DNA from: Kiritimatiellia bacterium
GTDB lineage: Bacteria; Verrucomicrobiota; Kiritimatiellia; RFP12; UBA1067
Assembly: GCA_045599105.1 (NCBI GenBank)
Contig: JAZRVL010000041.1
Span: 4,295-68,294 of the forward strand
Reading direction: 5' to 3'
Length of the DNA: 64,000 bases
A model generated the notes under the pieces. The model saw only the letters and a list, made by a program, of their open reading frames with translations. It ran no database searches and was not told where the DNA came from. The translations under genes were made by a program, and so were the position numbers. Positions 10,781 through 20,810 of the stretch are shown here, in pieces. Each line of letters begins with the position of its first letter. The stretch's first letter is position 1.

Positions 10781-11954
10781 TTTTAAGTCCCTCCACCCAT
10801 TGATCAATTGTCGCTATCTCGGCAGGAATATCCAATCCCTGCGGACAGTGCGGAGAACAGCGATTGCAACCGGTGCAATGCTCGGCTCGCCGCAAATCTT
10901 CAGGAATCGCTTCCGCGTAAAGTTTTAAAATCTCTTTTGCCGACAACGAATCCTTTCGAGTTAGCATCTGATTTCTAAAAGAAAGAATTGCAGGAATATC
11001 TAACCCGTACGGACAGGGCATACAATACTTGCAATCATTGCACGCAATCGTTGATTGCTTAGATGCTGCATCGGCCGCACGAAAAAGCGCCATCTCCTCA
11101 TCTGGTGTAAGTTCCTTTAGTGGAGAAAAGGTCGCGATATTCTCCTCAATATGCTCCATCTCACCCATCCCCGAAAGAACCGTAATTACATTAGGTTGTG
11201 ATGCCGCAAAACGAAGCGCCCACTTAGCAAGCGACGCTTTGGGATCGAGTGGCACCAACTCCTTTGCTAATGTCCAGTTGTACCTCGCTAGTCTGCCACC
11301 TTGCAATGGTGCCATAACCACAATTGGAATCTTCTTGGCAGTTAACGCATCATAAAGCGCTTTTGCCTCACCATTGCGCCAATCCGCATAATTGAGAACT
11401 ATTTGAGCAAAGTCCCATTTATATTGATCGTGATGATCAAGACACCAATTAAACACCTCGCGCTTGCCGTGAAAAGAAAATCCCAAGTTCTTGATTTCGC
11501 CAGATGCTCTTTTCTCTAAACAAAAATCAAGTGCTCCATTATCAAGAAAACGTCGACGAAAAAGTCCCATTCCATCGCCGCCACCTACCGAATGGAGAAG
11601 ATAATTGTCGATATAACTTGTGCGTAGACTCTTTAAGGAGTTGGCAAACATCATTTTTATCTTTTCCAGTGCAAACTGCGACTCCGAAAAGTTAGAAAGC
11701 TTAGTTGCAATGACATAACTCTCACGCTCATATCCACTCGCCGCAAACGCTTCACCGAGCATTCGTTCGGATTGACCTCGGCAATAAGCGGGCGACGTAT
11801 CATAGTATGTCACTCCACCATCCAAAAGGCGTTTAACAAATACATTAAACTCCGCTTGGTCGTATTCTGATGTGCCAGGCTTAACTGGAATGCGCATCGC
11901 CCCTAGACCAAGGAGCGAAATGCGCTTTTGATCCGCCGACGAACGATAAGTCAT
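10767..11954 (-). CDS. aldo/keto reductase with a C-terminal 4Fe-4S ferredoxin-type domain
   Basis: The AKR core shows LGLGAMR, YYDTSPAY..GQSE and LHS. The C-terminus has CNDCKYCMPCP and CTGCNRCSPHCP. Confidence 0.8.
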   Translation of the reverse strand: MTYRSSADQKRISLLGLGAMRIPVKPGTSEYDQAEFNVFVKRLLDGGVTYYDTSPAYCRGQSERMLGEAFAASGYERESYVIATKLSNFSESQFALEKIKMMFANSLKSLRTSYIDNYLLHSVGGGDGMGLFRRRFLDNGALDFCLEKRASGEIKNLGFSFHGKREVFNWCLDHHDQYKWDFAQIVLNYADWRNGEAKALYDALTAKKIPIVVMAPLQGGRLARYNWTLAKELVPLDPKASLAKWALRFAASQPNVITVLSGMGEMEHIEENIATFSPLKELTPDEEMALFRAADAASKQSTIACNDCKYCMPCPYGLDIPAILSFRNQMLTRKDSLSAKEILKLYAEAIPEDLRRAEHCTGCNRCSPHCPQGLDIPAEIATIDQWVEGLKNEAL

Positions 11955-11966
11955 TATATTTTTCCT

Positions 11967-14429
11967 TTAGCCGAATTTAACTGGCTCAACGTGCCAAATA
12001 TTCCGCGCGTATTCCATTACCGCACGATCCGATGAGAAACGTCCCGAACGCGCAATATTAACTAACGACATCTGGTTCCACTTCTTCGCATCCCGATAAG
12101 TAGCATCCACACGATCTTGCGCTTTTGCATAAGAATTCAAATCCGCAAGTAACATGTAGTAGTCATTATAATCAAGGAGATTACGAATAATTGGCTCGAA
12201 AATCCCTGGCTCAGTAGCTGAGAATACGTTAGCCCTAATCATATCCAGCGCGAGTTTGATTTCAGGATCCTTTTCGTAGTATTCGCGCGAAACATAAGCT
12301 GGCCGCAACTTAGCAACGTCTTCTGTCCGCATACCGAAGAGGAACATATTTTCGTCACCGACCTCTTGGTTGATTTCTACATTCGCGCCATCGTAGGTGC
12401 CCAGCGTAAGCGCACCATTCATCATAAACTTCATATTGCCCGTACCTGAAGCCTCCATGCCGGCAAGCGAAATTTGCTCCGACACTTCCGCAGCTGGCAT
12501 AATTTTCTCAGCCAATGACACCCGATAGTCAGGCAAAAACGCAACCGAGAGCTTGCCCCGAGTCTTAGGGTTATTGTTGACTACATTCGCAATGCCATGA
12601 ATAAGGCGAATAATTAACTTTGCCATGTAATATCCAGGCGCTGCCTTGGCCGCAAAAATAAAGGAACGAGGCACTGGATCATATTTGATGTCGGTGATAA
12701 GACGATTATAAAAGATGATAATATAAAGCGCGAGCATGAGCTGACGCTTATACTCATGAAGTCGCTTAACCTGCACGTCAAAGATAGCCTCAGGATTGAG
12801 CTTGATGTTTAGATTCTTTGCCGTCCAAGCCGCAAGCTGCTCCTTGTTGACTTTCTTGACTTTACGCAACGCCGACAGGAAATTATCATCACCCAAAAAC
12901 TTCTCCAGCCCACGAAGCTTATCAAGGTGGGTAATCCATTCATCCCCAATTGACTCAGTGATGAGCTGTGAAAGCGCAGGGTTGGCTTTGAGCAACCACC
13001 GACGAGGCGTAATGCCGTTGGTAACATTATGAAACTTCTCTGGCCACAGTTCATAGAAATCCTTAAAGAGTTCATCCTTAAGAATTTGCGTATGCAACTC
13101 CGCAACTCCATTTACCGATGAAGTACCAACCAAGCAAAGGTTTGCCATACGGACATAGCGCTCACCGTTTTCGTCAATGAGCGACATGCGCTGGAGCTTC
13201 TTCACATCGCCGGGATAACGCGCTGATACCGTCTGCAAGAATTGACCATTGATTTCGTAAATAATCTGCAAATGACGTGGTAGTAAACGTTCCATCATTG
13301 GCACTGGCCACTTTTCCAGCGCTTCTTGAAGAATCGTATGATTGGTGTAGCCCGTTGAGCGACGCGTCAAATCCCACGCCTTATCCCACGATAGCCCCTC
13401 AATGTCAATCAAAATGCGCATCAGCTCAGGCACTACCAATGTCGGGTGCGTATCATTTAAATGGATAAACACCTTGTTGGGCAACTCATCCCAATTGGAG
13501 TTAGTGCGTTTAAAACGACGCAAAATATCCCTAAGCGAGCACGCCACAAAGAAGTACTGCTGACGAAGGCGAAGCTCCTTACCCGCCATTGTGTTATCAT
13601 TAGGATAAAGTACTTTAGTGAGATTCTCTGCAAGCACTTTCGCCTCTACGGCTTCAACATACGAGCCTTTATTAAAGTCAGCAAGATCAAAATCATCTAC
13701 CGCCTTTGCACTCCAAAGACGAAGCGAGTTGACAGCATTACAATATCCAACGATTGGCATATCATAGGGAATGCCTTCCACAGTTTCTGCAGGCACCCAT
13801 TGCCACTTCTGATTTTTGCCTTCACCGATGCGCTCTACATGTCCACCGAAGTGAACGTGCTGCGAATATTCAGGCCGTGCCATTTCCCATGGGTATCCAT
13901 GCTTGAGCCACTCATCGGGCTCTTCAACTTGGTTGCCATTGATAATCTTTTGGCGAAAGATACCATAATCATAACGAAGTCCGTATCCCATACCTGCGAG
14001 ATCCAACGTCGACATCGAGTCGAGATAACAAGCCGCAAGACGACCCAATCCACCATTACCAAGTCCCGCATCCGTTTCATAGTCACGCAAATCATTCCAA
14101 TCAATGCCAAAATCATTAAGTGCATCCCGGCAAAGTTGATCTGCTTTGAGGTTGATTACATTATTCCCCAATAGACGACCGATCAAGAACTCCAGCGACA
14201 TATAGTAAACGCGCTTCGTGTTCTGACGCCCGTATTCCTCTTGGGTCGAAATCCAACGCTCGACAATACGATCGCGAACCGCATGTGCAAATGCAGTATA
14301 CTGATCTCGTTCAGTCGCGCGAGTATCACCCTTTGCCAATGAATAACGAAGATGCCAAACAAAGTCCTCTTTAAGTCCATCAACTGACATCTCCACCCGT
14401 CGATCCTGCTTGTGCTTGCTATTTGCCAT
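11967..14429 (-). CDS. glgP: glycogen/maltodextrin phosphorylase
   Basis: 820 aa with GLGNGGLGRLAAC and the PLP site EASGTGNMKFMMNGALTLGT.DGANVE. Confidence 0.95.
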   Translation of the reverse strand: MANSKHKQDRRVEMSVDGLKEDFVWHLRYSLAKGDTRATERDQYTAFAHAVRDRIVERWISTQEEYGRQNTKRVYYMSLEFLIGRLLGNNVINLKADQLCRDALNDFGIDWNDLRDYETDAGLGNGGLGRLAACYLDSMSTLDLAGMGYGLRYDYGIFRQKIINGNQVEEPDEWLKHGYPWEMARPEYSQHVHFGGHVERIGEGKNQKWQWVPAETVEGIPYDMPIVGYCNAVNSLRLWSAKAVDDFDLADFNKGSYVEAVEAKVLAENLTKVLYPNDNTMAGKELRLRQQYFFVACSLRDILRRFKRTNSNWDELPNKVFIHLNDTHPTLVVPELMRILIDIEGLSWDKAWDLTRRSTGYTNHTILQEALEKWPVPMMERLLPRHLQIIYEINGQFLQTVSARYPGDVKKLQRMSLIDENGERYVRMANLCLVGTSSVNGVAELHTQILKDELFKDFYELWPEKFHNVTNGITPRRWLLKANPALSQLITESIGDEWITHLDKLRGLEKFLGDDNFLSALRKVKKVNKEQLAAWTAKNLNIKLNPEAIFDVQVKRLHEYKRQLMLALYIIIFYNRLITDIKYDPVPRSFIFAAKAAPGYYMAKLIIRLIHGIANVVNNNPKTRGKLSVAFLPDYRVSLAEKIMPAAEVSEQISLAGMEASGTGNMKFMMNGALTLGTYDGANVEINQEVGDENMFLFGMRTEDVAKLRPAYVSREYYEKDPEIKLALDMIRANVFSATEPGIFEPIIRNLLDYNDYYMLLADLNSYAKAQDRVDATYRDAKKWNQMSLVNIARSGRFSSDRAVMEYARNIWHVEPVKFG

Positions 14430-14445
14430 ATATTTTTAGCCTACC

Positions 14446-15351
14446 TTATTTGAATAATTTCTTAAAATCATCACTTACCGACTTTAGATTGTCGCCCGTA
14501 CCTTTCAACACATCGCCTGTATTTTTTAACGCATCGGTAGCGCCTTTAATATCAAGTTTCTGCGCACTCTTAAGCGCCGCATCAAGGCCATCAGCTCCAA
14601 GCTTAAGTCCATCCTTGCCAATATTCAAGCCCTGAGTTCCTAACATGGTCGCGGTCTCGACCGCAGGGGCGACCATATCCACAATTGGCCCAATGGTCTT
14701 AACATAGACCTCCTCCAAAGTCATACCTCCCGAATCCTTGCCAATATCCGTAAAAACAATGTCATTTGGCGTAAGTGGAATTACCGCTGGACCAATTTTC
14801 GCCACAATACCACCGATTTCTATGCGATCGATAATAAACTTCTTTTCGCTTTTTGGTGACTGCTCGCGCTCTGCTTCAGCCCTTAGTTCGGCCTTGGGTT
14901 CTGCCTTGGGCTCACGCTTTGGCTCCTTGGCATCAATTTCATCCGCCTTCTCCCCTTCCATATTGCTCATAATGGTACTGAAATTGCTATCACCATCCTT
15001 GAAGACATAGGCAAGCGTAAGATCTTTGAGACGAATAAGTTTGATATGCACTACATCGGTTAATGCGGACATCGGCTCCATTTCAAAGCGAACCTCACCC
15101 AGACTAACTGCCTCACGCTCCTCAAAGCCCTCGGGATTCTCCAGCGAAAAGCCACCCATGTGAAAAACGCCCGAATAATAATTGAGTCCAAAATCATTAA
15201 GATTGACTCCTGTTTTCACAATATGCGGTGCAACTCCATTGGCGAGCCCCTTAACCAACGGACCAATCCATAGCGGCAACGTCAATACTAACGCGAGGAC
15301 GATGCCCACAATCCACAATACTACTTTACAAGTGATTTTTAGTGCTTTCAT
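14446..15351 (-). CDS. hypothetical membrane-anchored protein (one N-terminal TM, acidic/Lys-rich EPK repeat)
   Basis: ORF with an N-terminal TM (VVLWIVGIVLALVLTLPLW) and EPKREPKAEPKAELRAEAE. It overlaps the upstream gene by 4 nt. I recognised no family. Confidence 0.5.
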   Translation of the reverse strand: MKALKITCKVVLWIVGIVLALVLTLPLWIGPLVKGLANGVAPHIVKTGVNLNDFGLNYYSGVFHMGGFSLENPEGFEEREAVSLGEVRFEMEPMSALTDVVHIKLIRLKDLTLAYVFKDGDSNFSTIMSNMEGEKADEIDAKEPKREPKAEPKAELRAEAEREQSPKSEKKFIIDRIEIGGIVAKIGPAVIPLTPNDIVFTDIGKDSGGMTLEEVYVKTIGPIVDMVAPAVETATMLGTQGLNIGKDGLKLGADGLDAALKSAQKLDIKGATDALKNTGDVLKGTGDNLKSVSDDFKKLFK

Positions 15352-15890
15352 TTTAGTTCTTCCACGGTTATTTTAGTACGATGTCCAGACCCCAAAGTCT
15401 CGACCTCCATGACATTGGCCATCCAGCGATCACCAAATTTCTTAATGCGGGTGCCCCACATCTTTCGAATTGGTTCGCCATTCTTAAGCTCCTCGGCTTG
15501 CATCAATGCGCCAGTCTTGCGATCAATCCATACCCTAATCGTGCGCTCACCTTTTTTTAGGACAATTACGGCACATGTTTGCCCAAATATCGTCTCTCCG
15601 TCCAACTCTTTATCAACCGAAATGTCGTCCCACCAAAGATAATCCAACGTCACATCACTCCATGTAACATCAGTTTTCTCCAATGCTTCCTTGTCAAGAT
15701 TAAGCTCAGTTTTGCCATTTGTCCTTTTAAGTACATAATCATACTGCGTCTGCACAAATCCCTTGCGATCTCGCAGAATTACTCGTCCTGAAAGCTCCGC
15801 ATTGGCAGGTAAAGCCGCACGCGCATTTTCCACTAACTCACGCGGCGTCAAACTACTCGCCAACAACAAACTCGCCAAAACCGCAATCAT
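15348..15890 (-). CDS. LolA-like outer-membrane lipoprotein-sorting family protein (putative)
   Basis: It has a signal peptide and a ~180-aa beta-rich protein resembling the LolA-like fold family by pattern only. It overlaps neighbours in an operon. Confidence 0.45.
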   Translation of the reverse strand: MIAVLASLLLASSLTPRELVENARAALPANAELSGRVILRDRKGFVQTQYDYVLKRTNGKTELNLDKEALEKTDVTWSDVTLDYLWWDDISVDKELDGETIFGQTCAVIVLKKGERTIRVWIDRKTGALMQAEELKNGEPIRKMWGTRIKKFGDRWMANVMEVETLGSGHRTKITVEELK

Positions 15891-16681
15891 TTAATCTGCG
15901 CCTCCAATTGCGGATCTTTAGGCCCTCCCATTGCGCGGCCCGTTTCGTAATAACGCTGAGCACCCGCTTTATTGCTACCGTTATTCTCAATAATCAACTT
16001 CGCCATATTGTAATACGCATGATAGCTTCGTGGGTTTAAGCGAATTGCCTCCGAAAGTGTAAGCTCGGCAGCCTTAACATCTCCCTCGGCCGCCTCCTTA
16101 ACCGCTCTCATATTAAGAATAGCAATATCATTGGGACTTTCTTCAAGAAGTTGATTAATTAGCATCGTCGCTGCCGCAAAATCACCATTCACAATCGCTC
16201 CCATTGCGCGTACCCGTTTTGATGGAGAGCTGGACGCTTTTTCAACTTTCTTTGCTCTTAGCCGAATAACCTTTTGCTCCTTAATTCGCCGCTCCTCGGC
16301 AAGTCGCTTTTCAAGTTCAGTAGTATCACTAACTGCCACTGCCTTAGCATTATCTCTAACCTGATTTAACAAAAGCGAATCAATCGCCGCTGTCACATAG
16401 GCACGTTTGGTGCGTAATGTAGCAAACTCAGCAGTCTCCGCTCGCTCAGGATTTTCCGCTTCCACTTTATTAAGCTCTTTGAGTGCCTCTCGATACTTCT
16501 CAACCGCCTCATTTATCTTATTTTCGGTTGCCAAATCACTCGCCTCGTCTATTAACCCCGATGCCGTCTCCATCAACTCCGAAAGACGGGGTGGATCTTT
16601 TTCATCATCACCAAATGGCCAAAAGGCCATCGTGCTTAACGAAAGACCACAAAATACCGTCAAAATCACCCAACGAATCAT
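15887..16681 (-). CDS. secreted TPR-repeat protein
   Basis: It has a signal peptide, a coiled-coil middle and C-terminal TPR-like repeats (AYYNMAKLI, AEGDVKAAELTLSEAIRLNP). Confidence 0.6.
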   Translation of the reverse strand: MIRWVILTVFCGLSLSTMAFWPFGDDEKDPPRLSELMETASGLIDEASDLATENKINEAVEKYREALKELNKVEAENPERAETAEFATLRTKRAYVTAAIDSLLLNQVRDNAKAVAVSDTTELEKRLAEERRIKEQKVIRLRAKKVEKASSSPSKRVRAMGAIVNGDFAAATMLINQLLEESPNDIAILNMRAVKEAAEGDVKAAELTLSEAIRLNPRSYHAYYNMAKLIIENNGSNKAGAQRYYETGRAMGGPKDPQLEAQIK

Positions 16682-16683
16682 AC

Positions 16684-17145
16684 CTATTTATTATACCAAA
16701 AATTGGGGATTAAAAGTAGTAGAATCACTGCAACTGTGATATAAGAGTCTGCAAGATTAAAACATGGGAAGTGTGAAGACTTAAAGTAAAAATCAAACAT
16801 ATCAATTACATATCCCCTAAATAGTCGATCAATTAAATTCCCTACAATTCCTGCGTAAAGTAACACCTCAGCACAAAATCCCAAAAAAGTATTAGCAAAT
16901 ATCAACTTCCGCTTCCAAATAATTACCCCTAATGCTAATATTCCAAAACCTGCAAGAATCCACACCTGCCCTTGTAGCATCCCCCACGCACAGCCACGAT
17001 TTTCAACATAAGCGAGATTAAATAGCCCTGGAATTACTGAAACTACTGCGGAACCTTTAAGATATCCCGCAGCAAGCTCCTTGACCACCGCATCCACCAG
17101 TGTCAAATTAAGAACGACGGCAAATACCGCCAAACACCGTCTCAC
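16684..17145 (-). CDS. lspA: lipoprotein signal peptidase (signal peptidase II)
   Basis: FNLAYVENRGCAWGML and FNLADSYITV are conserved LspA boxes. There are 4 TM segments. Confidence 0.9.
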   Translation of the reverse strand: MRRCLAVFAVVLNLTLVDAVVKELAAGYLKGSAVVSVIPGLFNLAYVENRGCAWGMLQGQVWILAGFGILALGVIIWKRKLIFANTFLGFCAEVLLYAGIVGNLIDRLFRGYVIDMFDFYFKSSHFPCFNLADSYITVAVILLLLIPNFWYNK

Positions 17146-17822
17146 TGGACGCTACGCTCCATTTCACTTTGGCACTCCATACACGTTAGCACAAACGGCT
17201 GATTTAAAAGCCGTGGCTTACGAATAAGTTGCCCGCACGAAGTGCAAACGCCATATGTACCATCATCAATACGATGCAAAGCCTCATCAATTTGCTGGAT
17301 AACGCGATTGATATTGCCCATTTGACCTAATGCTTGCAAACGTAATGTTTGATTAGTACCATCACCACCATCGGCCTCGTAGTCTTCCGCCTCATTAAAG
17401 CCAGTTGACTTCATCGCATTCACACCATTCATCGCCTTTAAGCGAGCATCCAATAAGCGCTTTTTAAATTCACGCAAATCCGAGGCAGGGAAATGCACCG
17501 TTGACTTGCCTTGTGCGCGCGTAGTAGGACGACGTGTAAGCTTAATCAATTCTTTAGCACGACGCTCTTCGTCTTTGATTGCCGCCTTTTTCATTTGCGC
17601 AACGATATTCATTCCAAAGGCTACCGCCTTAGCAGTGTCAATCGGCACAAACTCCTCTACAGGGTTCGCTACCACAGATGGCTTACGAATGACGCGCGGA
17701 GGAACTCGTTTAACTGGCTTTTTTGCCGACTTTTTAATTGGCTTTTTAGCAACCTTCTTCACAGGCTTTTTAACAACCTTCTTAGTCGGCTTACTCTTAA
17801 TTGGGTTCTTCTTTTTAGCCAT
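17142..17822 (-). CDS. DksA/TraR-family C4 zinc-finger protein with a Lys-rich N-terminal tail
   Basis: The C-terminus CTSCGQLI....CMECQ follows a coiled coil. The N-terminal ~45 aa hold KKPVKKVAKKPIKKSAKKPVKR repeats. Confidence 0.75.
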   Translation of the reverse strand: MAKKKNPIKSKPTKKVVKKPVKKVAKKPIKKSAKKPVKRVPPRVIRKPSVVANPVEEFVPIDTAKAVAFGMNIVAQMKKAAIKDEERRAKELIKLTRRPTTRAQGKSTVHFPASDLREFKKRLLDARLKAMNGVNAMKSTGFNEAEDYEADGGDGTNQTLRLQALGQMGNINRVIQQIDEALHRIDDGTYGVCTSCGQLIRKPRLLNQPFVLTCMECQSEMERSVQ

Positions 17823-17855
17823 ACTACACCTCCTTTAGTTACGGGGGCAATTATA

Positions 17856-19871
17856 TCAAATCTGAATACCTGCGGGAAGCTTCATCCACTCTTTTATTTC
17901 CGCAGAAAGCTCCTTGATTTCCTTAATCGTTGCAAAGGAAAGTCCACCATCTGCATCGGGAAGCTCAAAATTATCGCCTACCTTCTTGCCGAGCATATTC
18001 TGCGCTACCCGAGTCTTGGAGGAAAGGATGCCCTTTTCAAGATCATTATCCCACTCACCCAAGATCGTCCAAGTCTTCTCACCATCCTTGGTTGTAACTA
18101 TGACCGTAACACCTGGCGTTACTTCGTCAATGGTTGCGTCCGCAAAGTCTCCTGGCTTGACCGCTTCAAGATCTGCTTGCATGAGCGTTTGTTTTTGCAT
18201 AAGCGCGCGCTGCTCATCCTTGGCGTACTGATACTCCGCGTTTTCTGAAAGGTCTCCATAGCTTTTTGCAAACTCAATTCGCTTGACGTTCGCCGGCATC
18301 TCCTCGTTGATGAGCTTTAAGTACTCTTGCTTTTTAAGTCCAAAACTACGATACGAAGTGATGCGAGCATATTCGCGCTTCTTTTCAATCTTCACCACAT
18401 GCGCCTCCAACTCAGGCACGATCTTGGTCATACGAACCACCGTCGTATGGTGAGTTGAAGCCTCCCAAGCGATTGACGCTTGGAAGCGTTCAAAAAAGAG
18501 CGCCTGATCTGCTGGAGCTAACCACGCAAACATCTTGGCAAGCCAATTGCGATCCGCAAAAAGCCGGCGAATGATGTTTTGCATTTTTAGCGTCTCACCG
18601 CCCTGACGTCCTTCACCCAAAGCAATCGCGTGAGTTAAAATCGTAACCAGCGCTGGAAGCTCCTGCCAATCCTTGAAACTTTCGTATTTGCCCACAATAA
18701 GCGTTGTTAAAGTCGCAGGTGCCTTGGGCTGACGCATCAAGTCACCGACTGCCACCCGACAAGCGCTCTCCTTGCCAAATTGTGAGACAATTTCCGAAAC
18801 TGCCGTGAAGCAAAACTCGGGAATCGAACGATAGAGTCGCGCCTTGGACTCATCGTCCGCCGCCAAAAACGCAATCATCGCACCCACTTCACGCGCAGGA
18901 AGAGTCATTGCCGCTTTAATATAACGCTTACGCTCCCACAAATACTCACGCATCGTTGCTGCAGGCGGATTGGCAAAGCCAAGTTCAGTTACGAGACACG
19001 CCAGTCGCGCATAAAGCGCATCATCGGTTTTGCTCGCTGCCGTGGTCGCAAAAACCAAACGCTCGCCAAGTTTGGCCCTAATTTCATCACTAGCCGCCTT
19101 AAACTTGCCTTCATTTACATATTCACGAATCCCCGCAAGCACCAATTTGGGGTCTGTCGTATGGGTGAAGGCGGTAAGCCAATTATCCCCATAGTCCTCT
19201 ACCGAAGCGCGCAAACGAATAGGTTCTGAGCGCTTCGCCGGGATTTCCACCAAGTTATCGTTATGTAAATCGCTACGTGCTTTCTCCCAAAACGCCTTCC
19301 AATTCACCGCCTTAACAAATCCATTCTTAACCATCACATCTTCGAGTTTGACGATGGTCATATCGCCATAGCTCTTAAGTACGCGCTTAACGAACTCGGC
19401 GGGCTTATCTTTGAGCAGCGATTCGAAGGCCGCTTCATCGGACTGACGAAAGACCAAAATATGATCCTCGGGCGCACGCATTAACATGTCAATAGCCGCT
19501 GCATAGGTAAACTGATGGCCCTTGCGCGTTTTGAAGTCTACCGTAATGCGCTTATAAAAATAGTCAACTTTGCGGACAACGCCAAGTCCCCAGGTATCAT
19601 TTAGAACCAATGCGCCTTGTGTAAAGCTTATAAGCTTTTCCAACTTCAACAGCGACTCGTCAAACGACTTATCATCAAAATCTACACCCGCCAAAAACGA
19701 AAGAAGAAGCCGATCATTGGTCGCCTTCTTCAGTATCTCCTTTATCCCACTTGCTTGGAGCTTCTTTGCAAGTTCTGTGCGATTCTCACGCACCAATTTA
19801 AATGCTTCATCAAAATCCTGCTTCTGCGCGCATTCGTTAAGTTGATTCAACAACGCCTCAGTATCGGCCAT
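17856..19871 (-). CDS. long GreA/GreB-family protein (GreA-like C-terminal module on a 671-aa protein)
   Basis: The C-terminal segment GDLSENAEYQYAKDEQ....I..EVTPG..V is the GreA signature. The N-terminal ~500 aa are unassigned. Confidence 0.65.
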   Translation of the reverse strand: MADTEALLNQLNECAQKQDFDEAFKLVRENRTELAKKLQASGIKEILKKATNDRLLLSFLAGVDFDDKSFDESLLKLEKLISFTQGALVLNDTWGLGVVRKVDYFYKRITVDFKTRKGHQFTYAAAIDMLMRAPEDHILVFRQSDEAAFESLLKDKPAEFVKRVLKSYGDMTIVKLEDVMVKNGFVKAVNWKAFWEKARSDLHNDNLVEIPAKRSEPIRLRASVEDYGDNWLTAFTHTTDPKLVLAGIREYVNEGKFKAASDEIRAKLGERLVFATTAASKTDDALYARLACLVTELGFANPPAATMREYLWERKRYIKAAMTLPAREVGAMIAFLAADDESKARLYRSIPEFCFTAVSEIVSQFGKESACRVAVGDLMRQPKAPATLTTLIVGKYESFKDWQELPALVTILTHAIALGEGRQGGETLKMQNIIRRLFADRNWLAKMFAWLAPADQALFFERFQASIAWEASTHHTTVVRMTKIVPELEAHVVKIEKKREYARITSYRSFGLKKQEYLKLINEEMPANVKRIEFAKSYGDLSENAEYQYAKDEQRALMQKQTLMQADLEAVKPGDFADATIDEVTPGVTVIVTTKDGEKTWTILGEWDNDLEKGILSSKTRVAQNMLGKKVGDNFELPDADGGLSFATIKEIKELSAEIKEWMKLPAGIQI

Positions 19872-19904
19872 ATACTTATCTCCCTTTAAATTGATTAGGG
19901 GGAA

Positions 19905-20810
19905 TTATATCATAAATGGCTTATGAGGGATAGTGGATAAATTAAATCTATCCACCAATGTGGCAAGTGAAACTTGTTCGGACATCTCCGCCCAACCACA
20001 CGACATGGCCAATAGTCCAATTATTTCATTAGGCTTTTTGCCCATCGCCCTGAATGTGCTAATTCGCGTATCTCCATGGCGCTTGGCCAAACGTTTGCCA
20101 TCACACCCCACTACCAAAGGAACATGACAGTAATCGGGCGGTGCTTTGCCCAGCGCACGCGACAATAAGATTTGCGCCGGAGTGACACCAAGCAAATCAT
20201 CACCACGTACGACTTCGGTTATCCCCATTGCAAGGTCATCAACAATGCACGCAAGCGTATATCCAGCGCCTGATTCATCTCGCGCAAGCGGAAAGTCTCC
20301 CAACACTGCGCCCACATCTTGCGCATAATGCCCGACAAAGGCATCTTCAAATTCCACATACGAATCATTAGGCACGCGAAATCTCCAACAAGGAAGACGG
20401 CCATTTCCAATTGCCGCACATGCTTCATGCCAACTTTTAAACTTGCCTCGACAAGCTCCCCCATAATACAACTGCTCGCCTTCATGTGGTGCGCTTTGCG
20501 CAGCTTCTACATCTTTACGCGAACAAATGCAAGGATACGCGTTCAGCTTCAATAGTGCTTCCCGATAAAGGTGCTTACGTTGTGATTGTACATACTCTTC
20601 GTCCCACTCAAAGCCAAGCCACCGCAAATCCGCAATCGCCTCCTCGCTCGCACCCGCCTTGTCGCGCGGATGATCTAAGTCCTCCATGCGCATAATGAGC
20701 TTACCGCCTTGAGAGCGCGCACGCAAGTACGCAATCATAAATGTGCGTACATTCCCTAAATGAAGCGCACCCGTGGGGCTGGGCGCCAAGCGACCGACAT
20801 AAGCGTTCAT
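19905..20810 (-). CDS. gluQ: glutamyl-Q tRNA(Asp) synthetase
   Basis: GRLAPSPTGALHLGN, RMEDLD and KRLAKRHG are present. ATG at 20810 forms an ATGA overlap with the upstream stop; the track start is 20834. Confidence 0.85.
   Translation of the reverse strand: MNAYVGRLAPSPTGALHLGNVRTFMIAYLRARSQGGKLIMRMEDLDHPRDKAGASEEAIADLRWLGFEWDEEYVQSQRKHLYREALLKLNAYPCICSRKDVEAAQSAPHEGEQLYYGGACRGKFKSWHEACAAIGNGRLPCWRFRVPNDSYVEFEDAFVGHYAQDVGAVLGDFPLARDESGAGYTLACIVDDLAMGITEVVRGDDLLGVTPAQILLSRALGKAPPDYCHVPLVVGCDGKRLAKRHGDTRISTFRAMGKKPNEIIGLLAMSCGWAEMSEQVSLATLVDRFNLSTIPHKPFMI

Noticed and set aside
13461-14174. 237-aa plus-strand ORF
   Set aside because: It is antisense to glgP, whose identity is unambiguous.
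17511-18248. 245-aa plus-strand ORF spanning the DksA-like/GreA-like junction
   Set aside because: It is antisense to two well-supported genes, has low-complexity composition, and crosses an intergenic region.
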